DNA from: a virus
DNA length: 64,000 nt
Reading direction: 5' to 3' (one strand)
IMG/VR virus record: IMGVR_UViG_3300045988_113203
Span: 1 to 64,000 of that record
In this document: positions 8,815 to 17,887 of the stretch, piece after piece
Numbering within the stretch: position 1 is the stretch's first letter
Layout of the letters: each line of letters begins with the position of its first letter
Position numbers and translations under genes: made by a program
The notes under the pieces: model-generated
Told to the model about the DNA's origin: nothing
The model's database searches: none
The model's input: the letters and a program-made list of their open reading frames with translations, nothing else

Positions 8815-8822
8815 CATATCTT

Positions 8823-9215
8823 ATGAAAACACAAGAAGAATATGCACTTGAAATTGACGAAATAGTTCGCCGGGATGTGGAGAGTCGCCAGAGCGACTGG
8901 TTTAAAATCGACAAGGAGATATTTATGCAGCCAGAGAATAAGAACAAGGCATTTATTTTGGGAACCCGGAAGACCGGATGTGATTTAATAATACTGGGTG
9001 GCACTAATTGTGATGAAGGTAGTATGGATTGGCTTTTTGGGAGTCTTGGCAATGAAAATTTCTATGTATGTAAGCCGCTATCTTTCTATAAATCACGACA
9101 AGAAATCCAGAAAGTAAATCCGCTTTATGCTTTCAAGGTGGCCACTGCTTATTTTAGAGAACAAGGGAAGGTTCCGGTATTTGAAGATAGTAACTGTAGA
9201 TTAATAAAACTATGA
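8823..9215 (+). CDS. Hypothetical protein (130 aa)
   Basis: ORF. Confidence 0.5.
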   Translation: MKTQEEYALEIDEIVRRDVESRQSDWFKIDKEIFMQPENKNKAFILGTRKTGCDLIILGGTNCDEGSMDWLFGSLGNENFYVCKPLSFYKSRQEIQKVNPLYAFKVATAYFREQGKVPVFEDSNCRLIKL

Positions 9216-9448
9216 GCATAAAAGTAATAAGATACAGGTTGCCCTCTTATTGGGCTTGCCCGTTAATCAATGATGATTACACTGGATTAACGGATGAAGA
9301 ATGTGAGGAAATCCAACGCTTCTTGGAAGCAGCAGAAGGTTATCCGGTAGATGTAGATTTGGAAACACAAGGGTTTTACCGTTGTAATGACGCAGGAACA
9401 CTTCCCGGAGAGTGTGCAGATTTTATTTTTCATAAGTGTAATGATTAA
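9212..9448 (+). CDS. Hypothetical protein (78 aa)
   Basis: ORF with an ATGA overlap. Confidence 0.45.
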   Translation: MSIKVIRYRLPSYWACPLINDDYTGLTDEECEEIQRFLEAAEGYPVDVDLETQGFYRCNDAGTLPGECADFIFHKCND

Positions 9449-9459
9449 ACTAAAATAAT

Positions 9460-10356
9460 ATGGAAACTACAAACAAACTGTTTTATTCAGGTACAAAATT
9501 CTTTACAGAAAATGAAGAAGATTATAGAATAACAGTTAGAATCTCTTTGGATGATGACTGCAAAAATAACATATGCGACTGGAGCATAACAGCCGACGTT
9601 GACTGGAAAAACAAGCATGGAAAATATGAGGATTACTTAGGAGGCTGCTGCCACGATGAAGTCGCAAAACATTTTCCGGAATTAGCGAAATTCATATCGT
9701 TGCATCTTTGTAACCATTATGGTGCTCCTATGCATCCGGTGGAAAATGGCATATATCACGTTAGAAGAAGTGGTATGTCTGTGGCAATGGAGTATTTGCG
9801 TATATCAGAACAAGAATGCGTAGAATTATATAAAGCCTCTGAGGATAAGTTGTATTTCAGGTATATGCTTTTCAATCTGGGGATCGTGGATAGATGGAAA
9901 AGAGAATCAGAAGAACTTATTGCGGAACTTGAAAAATTGTGTGGTAAGAAGTGGGTTAATCCATATAAGCCGGAAGAAGAAAGATTTGTTTTAACACTAA
10001 CGGACGAGGAACGATCTCTTATTGAAGAGCGTATTAAAGCCGGGCATTATTCCTCAGAAAATATAGAGAAACGCAGAGTGGAAGCCCATAAAGCAAAGAT
10101 GGCGGCAAAACGTGCTGAAATTTGTGAGCGATACGATAAGAAAATCAGACAAGCAGAAGCAGAAAAGAAGATAATACTCTGTGTGTTTGATTATGGATTG
10201 CCAATTAATAATGTTATATATTATCCTCACACGAACACTTTATCTTTCAACTGGAACGATTATGGAGGAAAAATCACACAGGAAGAGTTTGATGATTTTG
10301 TGAATAAGGTAGACCGCTCTCAGTTGCCGGAAGACATTAGGTTTGAACTTAAATAA
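9460..10356 (+). CDS. Hypothetical protein (298 aa)
   Basis: Long ORF. Confidence 0.6.
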   Translation: METTNKLFYSGTKFFTENEEDYRITVRISLDDDCKNNICDWSITADVDWKNKHGKYEDYLGGCCHDEVAKHFPELAKFISLHLCNHYGAPMHPVENGIYHVRRSGMSVAMEYLRISEQECVELYKASEDKLYFRYMLFNLGIVDRWKRESEELIAELEKLCGKKWVNPYKPEEERFVLTLTDEERSLIEERIKAGHYSSENIEKRRVEAHKAKMAAKRAEICERYDKKIRQAEAEKKIILCVFDYGLPINNVIYYPHTNTLSFNWNDYGGKITQEEFDDFVNKVDRSQLPEDIRFELK

Positions 10357-10366
10357 AATATTGGAT

Positions 10367-10657
10367 ATGGAAAGATTGAATTTCGAAACATTGTTTCGTG
10401 TCGTAAGATGGGATTACAATCGTTGCTTTAAGGATGAATCACTGGACAAGGATTTGTTCGTAGAAAAATACGGACGGGTAATGGGTGAGCATTATTATAA
10501 CAAGTTTGTCCATGAGTTTGACGGGAATATCCTGAAGATGGTTGGTTACTTCAGAGGTTCCGAAAAAGAGGGGCAAGTCTTCTGCGATATGATAACCGAA
10601 CGTATTGAAAAATACGAAAAGAGAATGCCATATGATAAAGGTAAGTTAAACAATTAA
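10367..10657 (+). CDS. Hypothetical protein (about 96 aa)
   Basis: ORF. Start set at the internal ATG, MERLNF. Confidence 0.45.
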   Translation: MERLNFETLFRVVRWDYNRCFKDESLDKDLFVEKYGRVMGEHYYNKFVHEFDGNILKMVGYFRGSEKEGQVFCDMITERIEKYEKRMPYDKGKLNN

Positions 10658-10669
10658 AAAGATACTTAT

Positions 10670-11377
10670 ATGAACAATTCAATGGTCGCTCACTTGTGGG
10701 CAAACGAAAAGCAAGAATCAGCGAATGGTAGTAACTTCTATTTTGAAGGAGAAAGTATTTACTCCTATGGAAGACATTTTGAGGTCGGAAGAATCGTGCG
10801 AAACAAGCGTGGGGAAAAGGCGTATTTGATTAATGACATATATTATTCTTCTTCTACAAGCAAACATCAATGTCGTGTTCGTAAAGCAATACCAACTGGC
10901 TCAAAGGTGTTCTATGTTGAATGTAATATATCATATTGTATCGGTAACATGCTCTTTGTTACCAATATGTTGGAATATATTAAAGATGCTATTGAAAAAT
11001 ACAAGAAAGCCAGAACCGAATTGTCTTATCGGGATGTTTGGGGAGCTTTTAAAAATATGATGGATTACATTGAGTTCTTCGATATGGGGACTCCCCAGCG
11101 TCTTCTTAAAAAGAGCGCAAACGAATGGCTTGGAACTAACCATGAATTGTCACTGAAATCAGATAAGATTAAACGTGAACATGTCCGTGAGTTGAAACGT
11201 GTTTTCCAGATATTGTTGAATCATAAAGCACTGGAAGTCCTTGGAACCGTTAATGTGATTGTAGATGAAGTTTGTGGTGAAGGAACTTATTCGAAATATC
11301 GGGAAAGAGTTGAAAAACATAGAATAAATATAGAAACAAAACAGGAAAAAAACGAAGGGCAAGGGAAGAAGAATTAG
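10670..11377 (+). CDS. Hypothetical protein (235 aa)
   Basis: ORF. Confidence 0.55.
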   Translation: MNNSMVAHLWANEKQESANGSNFYFEGESIYSYGRHFEVGRIVRNKRGEKAYLINDIYYSSSTSKHQCRVRKAIPTGSKVFYVECNISYCIGNMLFVTNMLEYIKDAIEKYKKARTELSYRDVWGAFKNMMDYIEFFDMGTPQRLLKKSANEWLGTNHELSLKSDKIKREHVRELKRVFQILLNHKALEVLGTVNVIVDEVCGEGTYSKYRERVEKHRINIETKQEKNEGQGKKN

Positions 11378-11484
11378 ATAAATTTCGTAAGGATTTTTAT
11401 GAAAGATTAGAAAAATGGAAGTCGGGAGAACTTAATTTCTTGCATTCATATTATTTTATTGATTGTGCTGACGTAAATGCTTGG

Positions 11485-11733
11485 ATGCGTATAAAAGGAG
11501 GAATTATTGAAACGAGCAAACAAATAAAAATCGGGATAGAAGAAGCCAGAAGAATGTGGCAGGTAGTGTCGCTGTTGCACCGGGGAGGCCAGTTCCGGCA
11601 TGGTCTGGTAGAGGACATGAATGGCAACAAGTGGAGCATAAACCGGTATGAAAACGATATACTGACAGCTGGATGTCATCGGATAGCATATAACGAAATG
11701 GAGAGAATAGCAAAACAACTGGGATGGGTGTAA
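11485..11733 (+). CDS. Hypothetical protein (about 82 aa; ORF-track TTG start at 11440)
   Basis: ORF. Contains a GC-rich island at about 11560-11640. Confidence 0.4.
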   Translation: MRIKGGIIETSKQIKIGIEEARRMWQVVSLLHRGGQFRHGLVEDMNGNKWSINRYENDILTAGCHRIAYNEMERIAKQLGWV

Positions 11734-11779
11734 GTAGTCCATCTTATTTTATTAATCACATAATTAAAAACGAAAAGAT

Positions 11780-12523
11780 ATGGAAAATTCAATTATTGTT
11801 CCGTTTGATTTAAATACGGCGAGAAAAATTAAAAGTGGAGAAATAGAAGGTTCGGTATTAATAGACGATATTAAAATAGAATTTGTATATGAGTCAAAAG
11901 ACTGTGCAAATTCTTATAGTTTACTTTTTGTAAAAAAAGATGGACATGGAATAAGTGCTATATATGCCGATATAGAAGGTTGTACTCTTGACGGAAACGC
12001 TCTGGAATTGAAAGTAGAGGCTGGAGCGTATTTCAAGAAGGGGGATATATTGATAAGCACGAATGGGAACCCATTTATATATAATGGTATTATTAATAGA
12101 GAAGGAGAGATGGGATGCATATATGGTATATCGACATATGGCGAGATTAGATCTAAAGAAGTTCCAATATGGACAAGTGTGTGTAGTGAGGATAAATCCA
12201 AGTATGTCAGATTAGCCACAGAGGAAGAGAAAAAATCTTTTGCTGAAAGAATTGCTAATACAGAAAGCTTTGAAAAAACAGAAATCATAAAAAAATATCT
12301 AAGTAAGTACGAATATTTACTTGACGAACAAAAGAAATGCGATTTTAAGCCATTCGATCAAGTATTGGTGAGAGCAAGTAATTTGGGAAATTGGAATCTA
12401 CACTTATTTGCCAGAGTAAGAGAAGAAGAATACAAATATGAATGCTTGGGAGGTTTGAGATACAAAGAGTGTATTCCATACCAAGGAAATGAGCATCTTT
12501 TAGGAACTAATAAAAATAAATAA
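11780..12523 (+). CDS. Hypothetical protein, tandem paralog A (247 aa)
   Basis: N-terminal IVPFDLNTARKI...IEG and C-terminal KPFDQVLVR...CIPYQGNEHLLGTNKN match the next gene. Confidence 0.6.
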   Translation: MENSIIVPFDLNTARKIKSGEIEGSVLIDDIKIEFVYESKDCANSYSLLFVKKDGHGISAIYADIEGCTLDGNALELKVEAGAYFKKGDILISTNGNPFIYNGIINREGEMGCIYGISTYGEIRSKEVPIWTSVCSEDKSKYVRLATEEEKKSFAERIANTESFEKTEIIKKYLSKYEYLLDEQKKCDFKPFDQVLVRASNLGNWNLHLFARVREEEYKYECLGGLRYKECIPYQGNEHLLGTNKNK

Positions 12524-12527
12524 GATT

Positions 12528-13259
12528 ATGGAACAGAAAACAGTAACAATTCCGTTTGATTTAGAAATGGCGAAAAAAATAAACATAGGGGCAATAGAAG
12601 GTCGGATTGTGACAGAGAAAGGACGAAATAGAGCAGAAATCGTATATGAAGACAATTCGTCAAGTTGTCCGTTATTGGTTGTAATTCATTCGATTTCTGT
12701 ATCGGCAGATTGGTTTTCTGCTACAGGAAAAGCACTTAGCAGCGAAAATCGCCTCCTTCTTGAAGTTCCAGAATATATTACATTTAAAGATGGAGAGGTG
12801 TTAAGCAACGAAGATGGAAGTTTTATTTTTATTTTAAATATACATGGGAAATATTTAACATCTTTTTATGCGAGTCTTGCAGCGAGAACAGGTCTTAATA
12901 TATCGGATAATCTTGCTGCATGTAATAACAAAATAGAACGCTATAGACTTGCAACAGATTCGGAAAAACAGAGGATGATTAAAGCGTTAAAGAAAAGCAA
13001 AAATCCTAAAGCAAAAGAATATCTAAAACGCTTCTTCGGAATTGAAGAAAAGCCGAAATATGAGTTTAAGCCGTTTGACAAAGTGCTGGTAAGAGACGAG
13101 GATGATAAAGAATGGCATATCAGCTTGTTTGCAAGGGAAATTGTGGACGATTCTGATGGATTGTCTTATAAGCATGAATGTTCCAATGGAACATTATGGG
13201 ATTGTTGCATTCCTTTTGAGGGTAACGAGCATCTTTTAGGAACTAATAAAAATGGATAA
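12528..13259 (+). CDS. Hypothetical protein, tandem paralog B (243 aa)
   Basis: N-terminal IPFDLEMAKKI...IEG and C-terminal KPFDKVLVR...CIPFEGNEHLLGTNKN match the previous gene. Confidence 0.6.
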   Translation: MEQKTVTIPFDLEMAKKINIGAIEGRIVTEKGRNRAEIVYEDNSSSCPLLVVIHSISVSADWFSATGKALSSENRLLLEVPEYITFKDGEVLSNEDGSFIFILNIHGKYLTSFYASLAARTGLNISDNLAACNNKIERYRLATDSEKQRMIKALKKSKNPKAKEYLKRFFGIEEKPKYEFKPFDKVLVRDEDDKEWHISLFAREIVDDSDGLSYKHECSNGTLWDCCIPFEGNEHLLGTNKNG

Positions 13260-13264
13260 CAAAT

Positions 13265-13540
13265 ATGAAAACAATAACATACGAAGGGGTGCAGCATGGA
13301 GACTGGGTGAGATGTGTCTTATGTGGGGCGCAAATGCTTCTTCCATGTGGGGCAGATAAATGCCCGGAATGTGGAGAAAATGGCACTTTAAGATGGGTCG
13401 ACGAAGAGAGGCAGGAAATAGATGCTAAGGGTCTGGATTGCTTAGATTATGTAAGAGAGTTGAGGGTAGATGATTATTTATCTCCAACAACATTAGAAGA
13501 GATCGCGGAAGAAATAAAGAAAAAAGTAAATAGAGGATAA
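13265..13540 (+). CDS. Hypothetical zinc-ribbon protein (91 aa; CxxC...CPEC)
   Basis: ORF with Cys pairs. Confidence 0.5.
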   Translation: MKTITYEGVQHGDWVRCVLCGAQMLLPCGADKCPECGENGTLRWVDEERQEIDAKGLDCLDYVRELRVDDYLSPTTLEEIAEEIKKKVNRG

Positions 13541-13665
13541 CTCTAATGAGAAAATTATTAAAAGTAAAATTTATTCAAAAATGTGCATGCGGGGCGGTCA
13601 CTATCAGATTTGATAATGACCGCTGAATTAAGTAACATAGCTAAGAATTGTAAAATATAGAAAAT

Positions 13666-13920
13666 ATGTATGAGAATATTTTAAGCAACATGTTAGGATG
13701 TCAGACATATTGTATATCAGACAGTCCTTCGAATGGATACTGTCTTATTGGACCTATTGAGTGCAATGAGAAGTTAATAGAAGTGTTTAAGAAGGGGATA
13801 ATGGTAAAACTCAAATACGTGGAAAAACGAGTCCTGGATACATTTACGGACAACGGAGTCGACCTGAGCAATTACACTCACTGTATTATTGTGAAGCGGA
13901 ATTTTTATCTCGCTTGGTAA
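13666..13920 (+). CDS. Hypothetical protein (84 aa)
   Basis: ORF. Confidence 0.45.
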   Translation: MYENILSNMLGCQTYCISDSPSNGYCLIGPIECNEKLIEVFKKGIMVKLKYVEKRVLDTFTDNGVDLSNYTHCIIVKRNFYLAW

Positions 13921-14017
13921 CAGCAAAACATAAACGATATGAACAATTTTATAACGATGTATTTTTGCAGAATACCAAACGACGATTAAGGTATTCACAA
14001 CTAAAGAAAATTACGGC

Positions 14018-14206
14018 ATGAAAAAAAATAAGAAATTCACAATATCAACCACTACTACGATCAGAAGTAGTAAAAGTGGAAAATTAGAGAAGGATATGAA
14101 GAGAATAGCTAAAGGTGTATTTAGCTATAATCCCAAAACAGATCCTAACGACCCTCTTTTTGATAAAACCACCTCTAAAAAAGGTGGTAACGAAAAAGAA
14201 TTTTAA
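14018..14206 (+). CDS. Hypothetical basic protein (62 aa)
   Basis: ORF followed by a strong terminator. Confidence 0.4.
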   Translation: MKKNKKFTISTTTTIRSSKSGKLEKDMKRIAKGVFSYNPKTDPNDPLFDKTTSKKGGNEKEF

Positions 14207-14215
14207 CCATATAAA

Positions 14216-14261
14216 ACAGAAGCCGGATATACGTTAATCATTATCCGGCTTCTGTTTTATA
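14216..14261 (+). terminator. Rho-independent terminator: 14-bp perfect stem ACAGAAGCCGGATA/TATCCGGCTTCTGT with a 12-nt loop, followed by TTTTAT.
   Basis: Read directly. The stem is perfectly complementary and a T-run follows. Confidence 0.8.
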
Positions 14262-14274
14262 TAGATGGTGTAAA

Positions 14275-14290
14275 GTTGTATATAATCACC
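14275..14290 (+). promoter_or_regulatory. Promoter-like 16-mer GTTGTATATAATCACC (contains TATAAT). An identical copy is at 39510-39525.
   Basis: Exact 16-mer repeated in two intergenic regions. Sits directly downstream of a terminator and upstream of a gene cassette. Confidence 0.3.
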
Positions 14291-14337
14291 TAATCAAAAA
14301 CATAGAACCATTATTGGAAAAACTTGTAAAAAGGTGC

Positions 14338-15054
14338 ATGTATAATACATACGGAGGAAACAATCAGATAGAAAATTGGATCAGATGTATGGTAAATGAT
14401 GAACTTAAACAAAGGGATTATGGTTTTGTAGAAAGAATAAGCAAGGAAGTCATAAAAGATCATGTGTTGAATGAGTTGAGCATAATTGTAAGACCCAAAA
14501 ATGAAAGATGCGTATGTGAAAATAGAGTGCCATCAAGAGAAAATGGTTTGTATTTAATCTACAGAGACGGACACGCTGAGCTGTTTACCGGCGATAACTC
14601 CAAAGATTGTGTACGATACATCGGGTTGAAGCACGGATACATGTCATTTGCAATCTCACTGACGGAGCATGATAACGTACAATTGCTTGACGATGATAGC
14701 CGTGAAGAATCCGGAAGTGAGACATATTACGAACGTAAATGTGATGCGCTGTTTGACATTGACGGACGCGGCAATACGGAACGCCTTGTGGCCAGAAATC
14801 CAAAGTTGAAAAATTTGCTGAAAGATGGCGAGTATATACCATCTCTTGGTCAATTAAATTTAATGGCCCATTATATGGACGAACTAAACAAAGCATTCGC
14901 TTATGTTTCGGCATCTCCCCTCTCCTCGACGTGGTATAGGTCCAGTACCGAGAGCAGCCCGAGCGTCGTGTGGTACGTGGACTTCTCCATTGGTAGCGCG
15001 TACTACAGTGACAAGTACAACAGTAGCAGGGTTCGGGCGGTAATTGATTTTTAA
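14338..15054 (+). CDS. Hypothetical protein (about 239 aa) with an unusual GC-rich Ser/Tyr-rich C-terminal tail
   Basis: ORF. The ATG at 14338 is preferred over the TTG at 14314. The last 150 nt are strikingly GC-rich compared with the surrounding AT-rich DNA. Confidence 0.5.
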   Translation: MYNTYGGNNQIENWIRCMVNDELKQRDYGFVERISKEVIKDHVLNELSIIVRPKNERCVCENRVPSRENGLYLIYRDGHAELFTGDNSKDCVRYIGLKHGYMSFAISLTEHDNVQLLDDDSREESGSETYYERKCDALFDIDGRGNTERLVARNPKLKNLLKDGEYIPSLGQLNLMAHYMDELNKAFAYVSASPLSSTWYRSSTESSPSVVWYVDFSIGSAYYSDKYNSSRVRAVIDF

Positions 15055-15065
15055 AAAGGATTACA

Positions 15066-15863
15066 ATGATAACATCAGTAAAAATAAAAGACAATACAAA
15101 AACTCCATTTGAATATGTTTCGGATATAGAAGCATTTGAAAATGGCAGAGAATTTATTTTCAAGCCAGGAGTGAATGTGATTATAGGGAAAAACGGTAGT
15201 GGAAAATCAACCTTGCTTAACATCATATCAATGTATGCGTTATGCGAGAAGTCCATGTGCTCTGAAATACCGATCGAGGCACTGGATTTTCCACCTATAT
15301 TTGATGATGATGACAAGGTTCTTGATGGGATTGACATATCATCCGATTATGCAGGGAAAGTATTCCGTTTATTGCCATCGGCGGAGATGAATCGAGATAG
15401 CGTATTGAAAAATATCAGCAATTTCGATTTGTATGTGAATAATATTCGAAGATCTTATGGAGAGAAAGTGGTGTTATCATTGGAATCACTTTTCAATTTA
15501 ATGTTCGGTCAAAAGGATTATACGTTTCCAATACAAGATCTTGTAGAATACAAGAAAAAATCAAATGCGTTTTGGATTAAAAGAATTGATAACCTGTTGA
15601 AGTATTATAAAAGAAACCGCATAACATTAACAGAAAGCAGTTTTGAATACACGGTTCTCATGGATGAGCCAGACAGGAATCTTGACATTGACAATATAAT
15701 GCAAATTTATAATGTATTGTCATTCCATAAACCACAAACGCAAATTATAGCCATAGTACACAATCCGGCATTGATTTACAAGTTAAGCAAATTAGATTGT
15801 GTAAACTTTATAGAGATGACAGAAGGGTATCTTAATAAAACTTGTACATTTGTGTCCAACTAA
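15066..15863 (+). CDS. ABC-type ATPase. Walker A is GKNGSGKST, the signature-like motif is SYGEKVVLSL, Walker B is VLMDEPDRNLD and the H-loop is IVHN.
   Basis: The motifs are read directly from the translation. Shine-Dalgarno AAAGGA followed by ATG. Confidence 0.65.
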   Translation: MITSVKIKDNTKTPFEYVSDIEAFENGREFIFKPGVNVIIGKNGSGKSTLLNIISMYALCEKSMCSEIPIEALDFPPIFDDDDKVLDGIDISSDYAGKVFRLLPSAEMNRDSVLKNISNFDLYVNNIRRSYGEKVVLSLESLFNLMFGQKDYTFPIQDLVEYKKKSNAFWIKRIDNLLKYYKRNRITLTESSFEYTVLMDEPDRNLDIDNIMQIYNVLSFHKPQTQIIAIVHNPALIYKLSKLDCVNFIEMTEGYLNKTCTFVSN

Positions 15864-15874
15864 TTAAAAGTGAT

Positions 15875-16189
15875 ATGAACTGGAAGAAATTTAAAGAGGA
15901 AAAACCTCCAGAGGGAGAAGAAGTGTTGGCTTATCATCCAAGTTGGATAGATGAAGATTTCAATCCAAGAGGTATAAGAATAGGGTTTTGGAATGGAGGG
16001 GACGATTTTAAATCAGCCCATTGGTGGGATTATCAAGATTGTTATATCACAATCTCTCATTGTGATTGTGATGATAATTCTCTTTTCAGTGATAGAATAA
16101 AAAACAGCATAGAGCCAGAGTTATGGATATCACTTGATGTTATTACAAATTACTTACCTAACATAAAACAAAATCACTTATCACAATGA
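15875..16189 (+). CDS. Hypothetical Trp-rich phage protein (about 104 aa; resembles a DUF551-like fold)
   Basis: ORF. Start moved to the internal ATG, MNWKKF. Confidence 0.4.
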   Translation: MNWKKFKEEKPPEGEEVLAYHPSWIDEDFNPRGIRIGFWNGGDDFKSAHWWDYQDCYITISHCDCDDNSLFSDRIKNSIEPELWISLDVITNYLPNIKQNHLSQ

Positions 16190-16285
16190 GCTATTTTATG
16201 ATTATTTAACCAACAAAATCACCATACTTTAGAAGGTGGATGAATTGGGTTGATTAATTTTGAATCAAAATTACAGATAAAAAAA

Positions 16286-17425
16286 ATGATTTCATACAAA
16301 TACAACATCTATCATTCAAAGAAAACGAAGTATCTAGACAAGATGCTTCGTGAATGTTGTTTTGTATGGAATCATGCTTTAGCTCTACAACGTAGGTATT
16401 ACAAACTGTTTGGAAAATATATATCAATTGGTAAGATGAAGAAGCATTTTGCCAAAAGAATTAAAAGAAACTTGCTTCATTCCCAAACAACACAAGAAAT
16501 ACTTGAACGTCTTGATGAATCTTATAATCGTTTCTTCAAGAAATTGGCTAAACGACCTCCTAAGTTTAAATCACCGGAGAAATTCAACTCTTTTGTTTTC
16601 AAACAAGGAGGTTTTACCCTAAATGGTAATTGTCTAACAATTAACAAAGGAAAGAAACGATTTAGATTCTCATACAGTAGAGTCTACGAAGGTAATGTTA
16701 AACAAATTAGAATAGTTAGAGAAACCTGTTCACGTTTTAGTTTGATTATAGTTACAGACCATAATCATTCAAACTCCTATAGAAAGACACATGATGGTGC
16801 ATCTATCGGATTGGATTTTGGGCTGAAAACTTATCTGACTAAAAGCGATGGTAGCAAAATCGATTCTCCTCTATTCTTCAAACAATGTCAAAACAGGATT
16901 AGAAAACTAAACAAACGGTTTTCTAACGCAAAGAAAGGATCTAACAATAGAAGAAGGAGACTGTTTGAACTACAACAAACGTATCGTAAAATAAACGATC
17001 TTCGATCGGATTTTCAATGGAGATTAGCACACCAGTTATGCAAACAGTATGATTATATTTTCATTGAAGATCTAAACATTGAAGGAATGAAACGTTTGTG
17101 GGGAAAGAAAGTTTCCGATCTTAGCCATTCTTCTTTTATTGATAAGCTAATGTATGTTTCTTCAAAGTATGGAGTAACGATACACAAGATTGACAAATGG
17201 TATCCTTCTTCCAAAACTTGTGAATGTGGCTGCATTAATAAAGGACTGTCGTTACGCGACCGCACGTGGGTATGCCCCTCGTGCGGCGCAGTTAACGACC
17301 GTGATGTTCTTGCAGCCCGTAATATACTTCGGAAGGGCATTTCCGAATTGGAGAGCAAGAGTAATTCCAGCGATATTAATATCGGGGTTTCTTGCGTTTG
17401 CATCCAAGAATCCCATTTGCTTTAA
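16286..17425 (+). CDS. tnpB: TnpB (OMEGA RNA-guided RuvC-like nuclease). Motifs are RuvC-I IGLDFGLK, RuvC-II FIEDLN, zinc finger CECGC...CPSCG and RuvC-III RDVLAARNI.
   Basis: The N-terminal MISYKYNIY matches the typical TnpB start. All three RuvC motifs plus the CxxC...CxxC zinc finger are visible. Confidence 0.85.
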   Translation: MISYKYNIYHSKKTKYLDKMLRECCFVWNHALALQRRYYKLFGKYISIGKMKKHFAKRIKRNLLHSQTTQEILERLDESYNRFFKKLAKRPPKFKSPEKFNSFVFKQGGFTLNGNCLTINKGKKRFRFSYSRVYEGNVKQIRIVRETCSRFSLIIVTDHNHSNSYRKTHDGASIGLDFGLKTYLTKSDGSKIDSPLFFKQCQNRIRKLNKRFSNAKKGSNNRRRRLFELQQTYRKINDLRSDFQWRLAHQLCKQYDYIFIEDLNIEGMKRLWGKKVSDLSHSSFIDKLMYVSSKYGVTIHKIDKWYPSSKTCECGCINKGLSLRDRTWVCPSCGAVNDRDVLAARNILRKGISELESKSNSSDINIGVSCVCIQESHLL

Positions 17426-17620
17426 CGATGGGAGTATGTCAATGTGTTTCTCCCTAAGAAATCAACAATAGGATCAAAGAATCCAATTATGGGTATATTG
17501 GAAGAGAACAGAACTTTTATATCCAGCCGTCCAGGATGTATTTTATGCAGATTAGATGAAATGGAATCATGGGCTTATTTGGATGATCTATTACCTTAGG
17601 TAATTATATACTCAATTTTA
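17426..17620 (+). ncRNA. Putative omega-RNA (reRNA) scaffold region overlapping and following the tnpB 3' end
   Basis: By analogy with IS200/605 TnpB systems. The region is a 200-nt noncoding stretch. No covariance model was run. Confidence 0.3.
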
Positions 17621-17632
17621 AAAGTTAGAATT

Positions 17633-17881
17633 ATGAAAAAAGATTTAACAGACAAAGAAAAAGAGGAAAGAATGAATTACCTTACCATTCATAAATGTAA
17701 AAACGAGGATGAACGTAAAGAGTTAAAAGAATTATGTGATTGGTATTTTAAGGATACTCCTACATTAACTATGTCTTTTTCTTTAACAGAAGAAGATTTT
17801 CGGGTAACAATGGAAAGGGACGTGGAGTTGTCGGAGGTAGCCAGAGCGGTAAAGAATCAACACCATAAGAAGAAAATTTGA
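17633..17881 (+). CDS. Hypothetical protein (82 aa)
   Basis: ORF. Confidence 0.45.
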   Translation: MKKDLTDKEKEERMNYLTIHKCKNEDERKELKELCDWYFKDTPTLTMSFSLTEEDFRVTMERDVELSEVARAVKNQHHKKKI

Positions 17882-17887
17882 AAGGTT

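Larger units (their letters stand above)
16190..17620 (+). mobile_element. IS200/IS605-family (IS1341-like) element carrying only tnpB. No Y1 tnpA is present. Boundaries are approximate.
   Basis: TnpB ORF with about 100 nt of left-end sequence containing the palindrome AATTTTGAATCAAAATT. About 200 nt of noncoding right end follows, where an omega-RNA is expected. Confidence 0.55.

Noticed and set aside
14585-15337. Minus-strand 250-aa ORF
   Set aside because: It is antisense to two well-supported + strand genes, including the ABC ATPase with clear motifs. The translation is low-complexity and Cys/Ser-rich with no motifs. Shadow ORF.
17190-17471. + strand 93-aa ORF in an alternative frame over the tnpB 3' end, plus minus-strand ORF 17053..17403
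   Set aside because: Both lie inside the TnpB coding sequence, whose frame is supported by conserved RuvC-III and zinc-finger motifs. Shadow ORFs.
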